Notes under the pieces: model-generated | Told to the model about the DNA's origin: nothing | Seen by the model: only the letters and a program-made list of their open reading frames with translations | Database searches by the model: none | Position numbers and translations under genes: made by a program | Shown here: positions 51,901-64,000 of the stretch, piece after piece | How the letters are laid out: the number at the start of each line of letters is the position of its first letter | Position numbering within the stretch: position 1 is the stretch's first letter | Origin: Eledone cirrhosa | Taxonomy: Eukaryota | Assembly: GCA_964016885.1 (NCBI GenBank) | Contig: OZ024740.1 | Coordinates: 1,488,001 to 1,552,000, forward strand | Length of the DNA: 64,000 bases | Reading direction: 5' to 3'

Positions 51901-54900
51901 TAGTGTTGGTGTAGTAGTGGTGTTAGTAGTGGTAGTGTTGATGTAGTAGTGGTGTTAGTAGTGGTAGTGTTGGTGTAGTAGTGGTAGTGTTGATGTAGTG
52001 GTGGTGTTAGTAGTGGTAGTGTTGATGTAGCAGTGGTGTTAGTAGTGGTAGTGTTGGTGTAGTAGTGGTGTTAGTAGTGGTAGTGTTGGTGTAGTAGTGG
52101 TAGTGTTGATGTAGTAGTGTCGTTAGTAGTGGTAGTGTTGGTGTAGTAGTGGTGTTAGTAGTGGTAGTGTTGGTGTAGTAGTGGTCTTAGTAGTGGTAGT
52201 GTTGGTGTAGTAGTGGTAGTGTTGATGTAGTAGTGTTGTTAGTAGTGGTAGTGTTGATGTAGTAGTGGTGTTAGTAGTGGTAGTGTTGATATAGCAGTGG
52301 TGTTAGTAGTGGTAGTGTTGGTGTAGTAGTGGTGTTAGTAGTGGTAGTGTTGATATAGCAGTGGTGTTAGTAGTGGTAGTGTTGGTGTAGTAGTGGTGTT
52401 AGTAGTGGTAGTGTTGGTGTAGTAGTGGTTTTAGTAGTGGTAGTGTTGATGTAGCAGTGGTGTTAGTAGTGATAGTGTTGATGTAGTAGTGGTGTTAGTA
52501 GTGGTAGTGTTGATGTAGTAGTGGTGTTAGTAGTGGTAGTGTTGATGTAGTAGTGGTGTTAGTAGTGGTAGTGTTGATGTAGTAGTGGTGTTAGTAGTGG
52601 TAGTGTTGATATAGCAGTGGTGTTAGTAGTGGTAGTGTTGGTGTAGTAGTGGTGTTAGTAGTGGTAGTGTTGGTGTAGTAGTGGTTTTAGTAGTGGTAGT
52701 GTTGATGTAGCAGTGGTGTTAGTAGTGATAGTGTTGATGTAGTAGTGGTGTTAGTAGTGGTAGTGTTGATGTAGTAGTGGTGTTAGTAGTGGTAGTGTTG
52801 ATATAGCAGTGGTGTTAGTAGTGGTAGTGTTGGTGTAGTAGTGGTGTTAGTAGTGGTAGTGTTGGTGTAGTAGTGGTTTTAGTAGTGGTAGTGTTGATGT
52901 AGCAGTGGTGTTAGTAGTGATAGTGTTGATGTAGTAGTGGTGTTAGTAGTGGTAGTGTTGATGTAGTAGTGTTGTTAGTAGTGGTAGTGTTGATGTAGTA
53001 GTGGCGTTAGTAGTGGTAGTGTTGATGTAGTAGTTGTATTAGTAGTGGTAGTGTTGATGTAGCAGTGGTGTTAGTAGTGGTAGTGTTGGGGAAGTAGTGG
53101 TAGTGTTCGGGTAGTAGTGGTGTTAGTAGTGGTAGTGTTGGGGTAGTAGTGGTGTTAGTAGTGGTAGTGTTCGGGTAGTAGTGGTGTTAGTAGTGGTAGT
53201 GTTGATGTTGTAGTGGTGTTAGCAGTGGTAGTGTTGATGTAGTAGTGGTGTTAGCAGTGGTAGTGTTGATGTAGCAGTGGTGTTAGTAGTGGTAGTGTTG
53301 GTGTAGTAGTGGTGTTAGTAGTGGTAGTGTTGATGTAGCAGTGGTGTTAGTAGTGATAGTGTTGATGTAGTAGTGGTGTTAGTAGTGGTAGTGTTGATGT
53401 AGTAGTGTTGTTAGTAGTGGCAGTGTTGATGTAGTAGTGGTGTTAATAGTGGTAGTGTTGGTGTAGCAGTGGTGTTAGTAGTGGCAGTGTTGATGTAGCA
53501 GTGGTGTTAGTAGTGGTTGTGTTGGTGTAGTAGTGGTGTTAGTAGTGGTAGTGTTGATGTATCAGTGGTATTAGTAGTGGTAGTGTTGGGGTAGTAGTGG
53601 TGTTAGCAGTGGTATTGTTGGTGTAGTAGTGGTAGTGTTTATGTATTAGTGGTGTTAGTAGTGGTAGTGTTGATGTAGCAGTAGTGTTGGGGTACTACTG
53701 GTGTTAGTAGTGGTAGTGTTGATGTAGTAGTGGTGTTAGTAGTGGTAGTGTTGATGTAGTAGTGGTAGTGTTGATGCAGTAGTGGTGTTAGTAGTGGTAG
53801 TGTTGATGTAGCAGTGGTGTTAGTAGTGGTAGTGTTGATGTAGTGTTGTTAGTAGTGGTAGTGTTGATGTAGTAGTGGTGTTAGTAGTGGTAGAGTTGAT
53901 GTAGTAGTGGTAGTGTTGGGGTAGTAGTGGTAGTGTTGATGTAGTAATGGTGTTAGTAGTGGTAGTGTTGGTGTAGTAGTGGTGTTAGTAGTGGTAGTGT
54001 TGGTGTAGTAGTGGTGTTAGCAGTGGTAGTGTTGGTGTAGTAGTGGTATTAGTAGTGGTAGTGTTGGGGTAGTAGTTGAGTTAGCAGTGGTAGTGTTGGG
54101 GTAGTAGTGGTGTTAGTAGTGGTAGTGTTAGGGTAGTAGTGGTAGTGTTGATGTAGTAGTGGTGTTAGCAGTGGTAGTGTTGGTGTAGTAGTGTTGTTAG
54201 TAGTGGTAGTGTTGATGTAGTAGTGGTGTTAGTAGTGGTAGTGTTGGGGTTGTAGTGGTATTAGTAGTAGTAGTGTTAATGCAGCAGTGGTGTTAGTAGT
54301 AGTAGTGTTGGGGTAGTAGTGGAGTTAGCAGTGGTAGTGTTGGTGTAGTAGTGGTGTTAGTAGTGGTAGTGTTGATGTAGTAGTGTTGTTAGTAGTGGTA
54401 GTGTTGATGTAGTAGTGGTGTTAGTAGTGGTAGTGTTGGTGTAGTAATGGTAGTGTTGATGTAGTAGTGGTGTTAGTAGTGGTAGTGTTGATGTAGCAGT
54501 GGTGTTAGTAGTGGTAGTGTTGGTGTAGTAGTGGTAGTGTTGGTGTAGTAGTGGTGTTAGTAGTGGTAGTGTTGGTGTAGTAGTGGTAGTGTTGATGTAG
54601 TAGTGTTGTTAGTAGTGGTAGTGTTGGTGTAGTAGTGGGGTTAGTAGTGGTAGTGTTGGTGTAGTAGTGGTGTTAGTAGTGGTAGTGTTGATGTAGTAGT
54701 GGTGTTAGTAGTGGTAGTGTTGATGTAGTGGTGGTGTTAGTAGTGGTAGTGTTGATGTAGCAGTGGGGTTAGTAGTGGTAGTGTTGGTGTAGTAGTGGTG
54801 TTAGTAGTGGTAGTGTTGGTGTAGTAGTGGTAGTGTTGATGTAGTAGTGTTGTTAGTAGTGGTAGTGTTGGTGTAGTAGTGGTGTTAGTAGTGGTAGTGT

Positions 54901-57900
54901 TGGTGTAGTAGTGGTGTTAGTAGTGGTAGTGTTGGTGTAGTAGTGGTAGTGTTGATGTAGTAGTGTTGTCAGTAGTGGTAGTGTTGGTGTAGTAGTGTTG
55001 TTAGTAGTGGTAGTGTTGATGTAGTAGTCGTGTTAGTAGTGGTAGTGTTGATATAGCAGTGGTGTTAGTAGTGGTAGTGTTGGTGTAGTAGTGGTGTTAG
55101 TAGTGGTAGTGTTGATGTAGCAGTGGTGTTAGTAGTGATAGTGTTGATGTAGTAGTGGTGTTAGTAGTGGTAGTGTTGATGTAGTAGTGTTGTTAGTAGT
55201 GGTAGTGTTGATGTAGTAGTGGTGTTAGTAGTGGTAGTGTTGATGTAGTAGTGGTGTTAGTAGTGGTAGTGTTGATGTAGTAGTGGTGTTAGTAGTGGTA
55301 GTGTTGATGTAGTAGTGGTGTTAGTAGTGGTAGTGTTGATGTAGTAGTGGTGTTAGTAGTGGTAGTGTTGATGTAGTAGTGGTGTTAGTAGTGGTAGTGT
55401 TGATGTAGTAGTGGTGTTAGTAGTGGTAGTGTTGATGTAGTAGTGGTGTTAGTAGTGGTAGTGTTGATGTAGTAGTGGTGTTAGTAGTGGTAGTGTTGAT
55501 GTAGTAGTGGTGTTAGTAGTGGTAGTGTTGATGTAGTAGTGGTGTTAGTAGTGGTAGTGTTGATGTAGTAGTGGTGTTAGTAGTGGTAGTGTTGATGTAG
55601 TAGTGGTGTTAGTAGTGGTAGTGTTGATGTAGTAGTGGTGTTAGTAGTGGTAGTGTTGATGTAGTAGTGGTGTTAGTAGTGGTAGTGTTGATGTAGTAGT
55701 GGTGTTAGTAGTGGTAGTGTTGATGTAGTAGTGGTGTTAGTAGTGGTAGTGTTGATGTAGTAGTGGTGTTAGCAGTGGTAGTGTTGATGCAGTAGTGGTG
55801 TTAGCAGTGGTAGTGTTGATGTAGTAGTGGTGTTAGTAGTGGTAGTGTTGATGTAGTAGTTGTATTAGTAGTGGTAGTGTTGATGTAGCAGTGGTGTTAG
55901 TAGTGGTAGTGTTGATGTAGTAGTGGTGTTAGTAGTGGTAGTGTTGATGTAGCAGTGGTGTTAGCAGTGGTAGTGTTGATGTAGTAGTTGTATTAGTAGT
56001 GGTAGTGTTGATGTAGTAGTGGTGTTAGTAGTGGTAGTAGTGGTGGTAGTAGTGGTCGTGTTGGGGTAGTAGTGGTAGTGTTCGGGTAGTAGTGGTGTTA
56101 GTAGTGGTAGTGTTGATGTTGTAGTGGTGTTAGCAGTGGTAGTGTTGATGTAGTAGTGGTGTTAGCAGTTGTAGTGTTGATGCAGTAGTGGTGTTAGCAG
56201 TGGTAGTGTTGATGTAGTAGTTGTATTAGTAGTGGTAGTGTTGATGTAGTAGTGGTGTTAGTAGTGGTAGTAGTGGTGGTAGTAGTGGTCGTGTTGGGGT
56301 AGTAGTGGTAGTGTTGATGTAGCAGTGGTGTTAGTAGTGGTATTGTTGGGGTAGTAGTGGTGTTAGTAGTGGTAGTGTTGATGTAGCAGTGGTGTTAGTA
56401 GTGGTAGTGTTGGGGTAGTAGTTGTGTTGGTAGTGGTAGTGTTGATGTAGTAGTGGTATTAGTAGTGGTAGTGTTGATGTAGTAGTGGTAGTGTTGATGT
56501 AGCACTAGTGTTTGTAGTGGTAGTGTTGGGGTAGTAGTGGTAGTGTTGATGTAGTAGTGGTGTTAGTCGTGGTAGAGTTGATGTAGTAGTGGTAGTGTTA
56601 GGGTAGTAGTGATAGTGTTGATGTAGTAATGGTGTTAGTAGTGGTAGTGTTGGTGTAGTAGTGGTGTTAGTAGTGGTAGTGTTGATGTAGTAGTGGTGTT
56701 AGTAGTGGTAGTGTTGATGTAGTAGTGGTGTTAGTAGTGGTAGTGTTGGTGTCGCAGTGGTGTTAGTAGTGGTAGTGTTGGTGTAGTAGTGGTAGTGTTG
56801 ATGTAGTAGTGGTGTTAGTAGTGGTAGTGTTGATGTAGCAGTGGTGTTAGTAGTGGTAGTGTTGATGTAGTAGTGGTGTTAGTAGTGGTAGTGTTGATGT
56901 AGTGTTGTTAGTAGTGGTAGTGTTGATGTAGTAGTGGTGTTAGTAGTGGTAGAGTTGATGTAGTAGTGGTAGTGTTGGGGTAGTAGTGGTAGTGTCGATG
57001 TAGTAGTGGTGTTAGTAGTGGTAGTGTTGGGGTAGTAGTGGTGTTAGCAGTGGTAGTGTTGGTGTAGTAGTGGTAGTGTTGATGTAGTAGTGGTGTTAGT
57101 AGTGGTAGTGTTGATGTAGCAGTGGTGTTAGTAGTGGTAGTGTTGATGTAGTAGTGGTGTTAGTAGTGGTAGTGTTGATGTAGTAGTGGTAGTGTTGATG
57201 TAGTAGTGGTGTTAGTAGTGGTAGTGTTGATGTAGTAGTGGTGTTAGTAGTGGTAGTGTTGATGTAGTAGTGGTGTTAGTAGTGGTAGTGTTGATGTAGT
57301 AGTGGTAGTGTTGATGCAGTAGTGGTGTTAGTAGTGGTAGTGTTGATGTAGCAGTGGTGTTAGTAGTGGTAGTGTTGATGTAGTAGTGGTAGTGTTGATG
57401 TAGTAGTGGTGTTAGTAGTGGTAGTGTTGGTGTAGCAGTGGTGTTAGTAGTGGTAGTGTTGATGTAGTAGTGGTGTTAGTAGTGGTAGTGTTGATGCAGT
57501 AGTGGTATTAGTAGTGGTAGTGTTGGTGTAGCAGTGGTGTTAGTAGTGGTAGTGTTGATGTAGTAGTGGTAGTGTTGATGCAGTAGTGGTGTTAGTAGTG
57601 GTAGTGTTGATGTAGTAGTGTTGTTGGTAGTGGTAGTGTTGATGTAGTAGTGTTGTTGGTAGTGGTAGTGTTTATGTAGTAGTGGTGTTAGGTAGAGTTG
57701 GGGTAGTAGTGGTAGTGTTGATGTAGTAGTGGTAGTGTTGATGTAGCAGTGGTGTTAGTAGTGGTAGTGTTGATGTAGCAGTGGTGTTAGTAGTGATAGT
57801 GTTGATGTAGTGTTGTTAGTAGTGGTAGTGTTGATGTAGTAGTGGTAGTGTTGATGTAGTAGTGGGAGTGTTGATGTAGCAGTGGTGTTAGTAGTGGTAG

Positions 57901-60900
57901 TGTTGATGTAGTTGTGGTGTTAGTAGTGGTAGTGTTGGTGTAGTAGTGGTAGTGTTGATGTAGTAGTGGTGTTAGTAGTGGTAGTGTTGATGTAGTAGTG
58001 GTGTTAGTAGTGGTAGTGTTGATGTAGCAGTAGTGTTAGAAGTGGTAGTGTTGGGGTAGTAGTGTTGTTACTAGTGGTAGTGTTGATGTAGTAGTGGTGT
58101 TAGTAGTGGTAGTGTTGATGTAGTAGTGGTGTTAGTAGTGGTAGTGTTGGTGTAGTAGTGGTAGTGTTGATGTAGTAGTGGTGTAAGTAGTGGTAGTGTT
58201 GATGTAGTAGTGGTGTTAGTAGTGGTAGTGTTGATGTAGCAGTGGTGTTAGTAGTGGTAGTGTTGGTGTAGTAGTGGTAGTGTTGATGTAGTAGTGGTGT
58301 AAGTAGTGGTAGTGTTGATGTAGTAGTGGTGTTACTAGTGGTAGTGTGATGTAGTAGTGGTAGTGTTGATGCAGTAGTGGTGTTAGTAGTGGTAGTGTTG
58401 ATGCAGTAGTGGTGTTAGTAGTGGTAGTGTTGGTGTAGCAGTGGTGTTAGTAGTGTTAGTGTTGATGTAGTAGTGGTAGTGTTCATGCAGTAGTGGTGTT
58501 AGTAGTGGTAGTTTGTATGTAGTAGTGTTGTTAGGTAGTGTTGGGGTAGTAGTGTTGTTACTAGTGGTAGTGTTGATGCAGTAGTGGTGTTAGTAGTGGT
58601 AGTGTTGATGTAGTAGTGGTAGTGTTGATGTAGCAGTGGTGTTAGTAGTGGTAGTGTTGATGTAGTAGTGGTAGTGTTGATGTAGTAGTGGTAGTGTTGA
58701 TGTAGCAGTGGTGTTAGTAGTGGTAGTGTTGATGTAGTAGTGGTGTTAGTAGTGGTAGTGTTGGTGTAGTAGTGGTAGTGTTGATGTAGTAGTGGTAGTG
58801 TTGATGTAGCAGTGGTGTTAGTAGTGGTAGTGTTGATGTAGTAGTGGTGTTAGTAGTGGTAGTGTTGGTGTAGTAGTGGTAGTGTTGATGTAGTAGTGGT
58901 AGTGTTGATGTAGCAGTGGTGTTAGTAGTGGTAGTGTTGATGTAGTAGTGGTGTTAGTAGTGGTAGTGTTGGTGTAGTAGTGGTAGTGTTGATGTAGTAG
59001 CGGTGTTAGTAGTGGTAGTGTTGGTGTAGTAGTGGTAGTGTTGATGTAGTGTTGTTAGTAGTGGTAGTGTTGATGTAGCAGTGGTGTTAGGTAGTGTTGG
59101 GGTAGTAGTGGTAGTGTTGATGTAGTAGTGGTAGTGTTGATGTAGCAGTGGTGTTAGTAGTGGTAGTGTTGATGTAGTAGTGGTAGTGTTGATGTAGTAG
59201 TGGTGTTAGTAGTGGTAGTGTTGCTGTAGTAGTGGTAGTGTTGATGTAGTAGCGGTGTTAGTAGTGGTAGTGTTGATGTAGTAGTGGTGTTAGTAGTGGT
59301 AGTGTTGATGCAGTAGTGGTGTTAGTAGTGTTAGTGTTGATGTAGTAGTGGTAGTGTTGGTGTCGCAGTGGTGTTAGTAGTGGTTGTGTTGGTGTAGTAG
59401 TGGTGTTAGCAGTGGTAGTGTTGGTGTAGTAGTGGTAGTGTTGATGTAGTAGTGGTAGTGTTGATGTAGTAGTGATGTTAGTAGTGGTAGTGTTAAGGTA
59501 GTAGTGGTGTTAGCAGTGGTAGTGTTGGTGTAGTAGTGTTGTTAGTAGTGGTAGTGTTGATGTAGTAGTGGTAGTGTTGGGGTAGTAGTGGAGTTAGCAG
59601 TGGTAGTGTTGGTGTAGTAGTGGTAGTGTTGATGTAGTATTGGTGTTAGTAGTGGTAGTGTTGATGTAGCAGTAGTGTTAGTAGTGGTAGTGTTGGGGTA
59701 GTAGTGGAGTTAGTAGTGGTAGTGTTGTTAGTAGTGGTAGTGTTGATGTAGTAGTGTTGTTAGTAGTGGTAGTGTTGGGGTAGTAGTGGAGTTAGCAGTG
59801 GTAGTGTTGGTGTAGTAGTGGTAGTGTTGATGTAGTATTGGTGTTAGTAGTGGTAGTGTTGATGTAGCAGTAGTGTTAGTAGTGGTAGTGTTGGGGTAGT
59901 AGTGGAGTTAGTAGTGGTAGTGTTGTTAGTAGTGGTAGTGTTGATGTAGTAGTGTTGTTAGTAGTGGTAGTGTTGGGGTAGTAGTGGAGTTAGCAGTGGT
60001 AGTGTTGGTGTAGTAGTGGTAGTGTTGATGTAGTAGTGGTAGTGTTGATGTAGCAGTGGTGTTAGTAGTGGTAGTGTTGGGGTAGTAGTGCAGTTAGTAG
60101 TGGTAGTGTTAATGTAGTAGTGTTGTTAGTAGTGGTAGTGTTGATGTAGTAGTGTTGTTAGTAGTGGTAGTGTTGATGTAGTAGTGGTGTTAGTAGTGGT
60201 AGTGTTGATGTAGCAGTGGTGTTAGTAGTGGTAGTGTTGATGTAGTAGTGTTGTTAGTAGTGGTAGTGTTGATGTAGTAGTGGTGTTAGTAGTGGTAGTG
60301 TTGGTGTAGTAGTGGTGTTAGTATTTGGTAGTGTTAATGTAGTAGTGGTAGTGTTGATGTAGTAGTGGTGTTAGTAGTGGTAGTGTTGATGTAGTAGTGG
60401 TAGTGTTGGTGTAGTAGTGGTAGTGTTGATGTAGTAGTGGTGTTAGTAGTGGTAGTGTTGATGTAGCAGTGGTGTTAGTAGTGGTAGTGTTGATGTAGCA
60501 GTGGTGTTAGTAGTGGTAGTGTTGTTAGTAGTGGTAGTGTTGATGTAGTAGTGGTGTTAGTAGTGGTAGTGTTTATGTAGTAGTGGTAGTGTTGATGCAG
60601 TAGTGGTGTTAGTAGTGGTAGTGTTCATGCAGTAGTGGTGTTAGTAGTGTTAGTGTTGATGTAGTAGTGGTAGTGTTGATGCAGTAGTGGTAGTGTTGAT
60701 GTAGTAGTGTTGTTGGTAGTGGTAGTGTTGATGTAATAGTGGTGTTAGTAGTGGTAGTGTTGATGTAGCAGTGGTGTTAGGTAGTGTTGGGGTAGTAGTG
60801 GTAGTGTTGATGTAGTAGTGGTGTTAGTAGTGGTAGTGTTGATGTAGCAGTAGTGTTAGTGTTGATGTAGTAGTGGTAGTGTTGGTGTAGCAGTGGTGTT

Positions 60901-63900
60901 AGTAGTGGTAGTGTTGATGTAGTAGTGGTGTTAGTAGTGGTAGTGTTGATGTAGTAGTGGTGTTAGTAGTGGTAGTGTTGATGTAGTAGTGGTGTTAGTA
61001 GTGGTAGTGTTGATGCAGTAGTGGTGTTTGTAGTGGTTGTGTTGGTGTAGTAGTGGTGTTACTAGTTGTAGTGTTGGTGTAGTAGTGGTGTTAGTAGTGG
61101 TAGTGTTGATGTAGCAGTGGTGTTAGTAGTGGTAGTGTTGATGTAGTAGAGGTGTTAGTAGTGGTAGTGTTGATGTAGTAGTGGTGTTAGTAGTGGTAGT
61201 GTTGATGTAGCAGTAGTGTTAGGTAGTGTTGGGGTAGTAGTGGTGTTACCAGTGGTAGTGTTGATGTAGTAGTGGTGTTAGTAGTGGTAGTGTTGATGTA
61301 GTAGTGGTGTTAGTAGTGGTAGTGTTGGTGTAGCAGTGGTGTTAGTAGTGGTTGTGTTGGTGTAGTAGTGGTGTTACTAGTGGTAGTGTTGGTGTAGTAG
61401 TGGTAGTGTTGATGTAGCAGTAGTGGTAGTGTTGATGTAGTAGTGATGTTTGTAGTGGTTGTGTTGGTGTAGTAGTGGTGTTAGTAGTGGTAGTGTTGAT
61501 GTAGTAGTGGTGTTAGTAGTGGTAGTGTTGATGTAGTAGTGGTGTTAGTAGTGGTAGTGTTGATGTAGCAGTAGTGTTAGTGTTGATGTAGTAGTGGTGT
61601 TAGTAGTGGTAGTGTTGGTGTAGTAGTGGTGTTAGTAGTGGTAGTGTTGATGTAGCAGTAGTGGTAGTGTTGATGTAGTAGTGATGTTAGTAGTGGTTGT
61701 GTTGGTGTAGTAGTGGTGTTACTAGTGGTAGTGTTGGTGTAGTAGTGGTGTTACTAGTGGTAGTGTTGATGTAGTAGTGGTGTTAGTAGTGGTAGTGTTG
61801 ATGTAGCAGTAGTGTTAGTGTTGATGTAGTAGTGGTGTTAGTAGTGGTAGTGTTGGTGTAGTAGTGGTGTTAGTAGTGGTAGTGTTGATGTAGCAGTAGT
61901 GGTAGTGTTGATGTAGTAGTGATGTTAGTAGTGGTTGTGTTGGTGTAGTAGTGGTAGTGTTGGTGTAGTAGTGGTGTTAGTAGTGGCAGTGTTGATGTAG
62001 CAGTGGTGTTAGTAGTGGCAGTGTTGATGTAGTAGTGTTGTTAGTAGTGGTAGTGTTGATGAAGTAGTGGTGTTAGTAGTGGTAGTGTTGATGTAGCAGT
62101 GGTGTTAGTAGTGGTAGTGTTGATGTAGCAGTAGTGTTAGTAGTGGTAGTGTTGATGTAGCAGTGGTGTTAGTAGTGGTAGTGTTGATGTAGTAGTGGTG
62201 TTAGTAGTGGTAGTGTTGATGCAGTAGTGGTGTTAGTAGTGGTAGTGTTGAGGTAGTAGTGGTGTTAATTGTGGTAGTGTTCGGGTAGTAGTGGTGTTAG
62301 TAGTGGTAGTGTTGATGTAGTAGTGGTAGTGTTGTGGTAGTAGTGGTAGTTTTGATGTAGTAGGGGTGGTGTTGATGTAGTAGGGGTGTTAGTTGTGGTA
62401 GTGTTGATGTAGTAATGGTGTTAGTAGTGGTAGTGTTGGGCTAGTAGTCGTCGTGTTGGGGTAGTAGTGGTAGTGTTCATGTAGCAGTGGTGTTAGTAGT
62501 GGTAGTGTTGGGGTAGTAGTGGTGGTGTTGATGTAGTAGTGGTGTTAGTAGTGGTAGTGTTGGTGTAGTAGTGGTGTTAGTAGTGGTAGTGTTGGTGTAG
62601 TAGTGGTGTTAGTAGTGGTAGAGTTGATGTAGTAGTGGTGTTTGTAGTGGTAGTGTTGATGTAGTAGTGGTGTTAGTAGTGGCAGTGTTGATGTAGTAGT
62701 GGTGTTAGTAGTGGTAGTGTTGATGTAGTAGTGGTAGTGTTGATGTAGTAGTGGTGTTAATAGTGGTAGTGTTGGTGTAGCAGTGGTGTTAGTAGTGGTG
62801 TTATCAGTGGTAGTGTTGGGGTAGTAGTGGTGTTAGCAGTGGTAGTGTTGGTGTAGTAGTGGTAGTGTTGATGTAGTAGTGGTGTTAGCAGTGGTAGTGT
62901 TGATGTAGTAGTGGTGTTAGTAGTGGTAGTGTTGATGTAGTAGTGTTGTTAGTAGTGGTAGTGTTGATGTAGTAGTGGTGTTAGTAGTGGTAGTGTTGGT
63001 GTAGTAGTGGTGTTAGTATTTGGTAGTGTTGATGTAGTAGTGGTGTTAGTAGTGGTAGTGTTGATGTAGTAGTGGTGTTAGTAGTGGTATTGTTGATGTA
63101 GTAGTGGTGTTAGTAGTGGTAGTGTTGATGTAGCAGTAGTGTTAGAAGTGGTAGTGTTGTTACTAGTGGTAGTGTTGATGTAGTAGTGGTAGTGTTGGTG
63201 TAGTAGTGGTAGTGTTGATGTAGTAGTGGTGTTAGTAGTGGTAGTGTTGATGTAGCAGTGGTGTTAGTAGTGGTAGTTTTGATGTAGCAGTGGTGTTAGT
63301 AGTGGTAGTGTTGATGTAGTAGTGGTGTTAGTAGTGGTAGTGTTGATGCAGTAGTGGTGTTAGTAGTGATATTGTTGATGTAGTAGTGGTGTTAGTAGTG
63401 GTAGTGTTGGTGTAGTAGTGGTGTTAGTAGTGGTAGTGTTGATGTAGTAGTGGTAGTGTTGATGCAGTAGTGGTGTTAGTAGTGGTAGTGTTGGTGTAGC
63501 AGTGGTGTTAGTAGTGTTAGTGTTGATGTAGTAGTGGTAGTGTTGATGCAGTAGTGGTGTTGGTAGTGGTAGTGTTGATGCAGTAGTGGTGTAGTAGTGG
63601 TAGTGTTGATGCAGTAGTGGTGTTAGTAGTTGTAGTGTTGATGTAGTAGTTGTGTTAGTAGTGGTAGTGTTGATGTAGTAGTGGTAGTGTTGGTGTAGTT
63701 GTGGTGTTAGTAGTGGTAGTGTTGGTGTAGTAGTGGTAGTGTTGGTGTAGTAGTGGTAGTGTTGATGTAGTAGTGGTGTTAGTAGTGGTAGTTTGGTGTA
63801 GTAGTGGTGTTAGTAGTGGTAGTGTTGGGGTAGTAGTGGTGTTAGTAGTGGTAGTGTTGATGTAGTAGTGGTAGTGTTGTGGTAGTAGTGGTAGTGTTGA

Positions 63901-64000
63901 TGTAGTAGTGGTAGTTTTGATGTAGCAGTGGTGTTAGTAGTGGTAGTGTTGGTGTAGTAGTGGTGTTAGTAGTGGTAGTGTTGATGTAGTAGTGCTGTTA
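42951..64000. repeat. ~21-kb minisatellite, 32-bp period TGTTAGTAGTGG+TAGTGTTG(G/A)TGTAGTAGTGG, open at the right edge
   Basis: First unit at 42951-42982, next at 42983. The 12-bp module is often skipped, giving 20-bp periods. The + strand has almost no C. Confidence 0.98.

Overview
Eukaryotic, AT-rich, repeat-dominated window. The SINE and LINE families are ones I recall from Octopus/coleoid cephalopod genomes, so the taxon is an inference. Layout: (1) 1-32855 is a head-to-tail 75-bp satellite of about 438 monomers that continues past the left edge. It has higher-order structure, is most uniform at its right edge, and ends in a fold-back. (2) ~32.9-42.9 kb is an island holding one convincing 120-nt coding exon (33353-33472, +) resembling the PH-domain end/linker of ORP1L/OSBPL1A. 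The island also holds a decayed Penelope-like GIY-YIG fragment, an RTE LINE 3' end, a 5'-truncated CR1-type LINE, several SINE fragments and microsatellites. (3) 42951-64000 is a ~21-kb minisatellite of 12+20-bp modules (32-bp period) with almost no C on the + strand; it continues past the right edge. Both arrays are probably intronic to the OSBPL1A-like gene. The giant ORFs in the track are translations of the satellite and are not called as genes. The most unusual observation is that, on the minus strand, each 75-bp monomer reads as a complete 33-nt exon plus a 42-nt GT...branch point...polypyrimidine...AG intron-like unit. Function is unproven.
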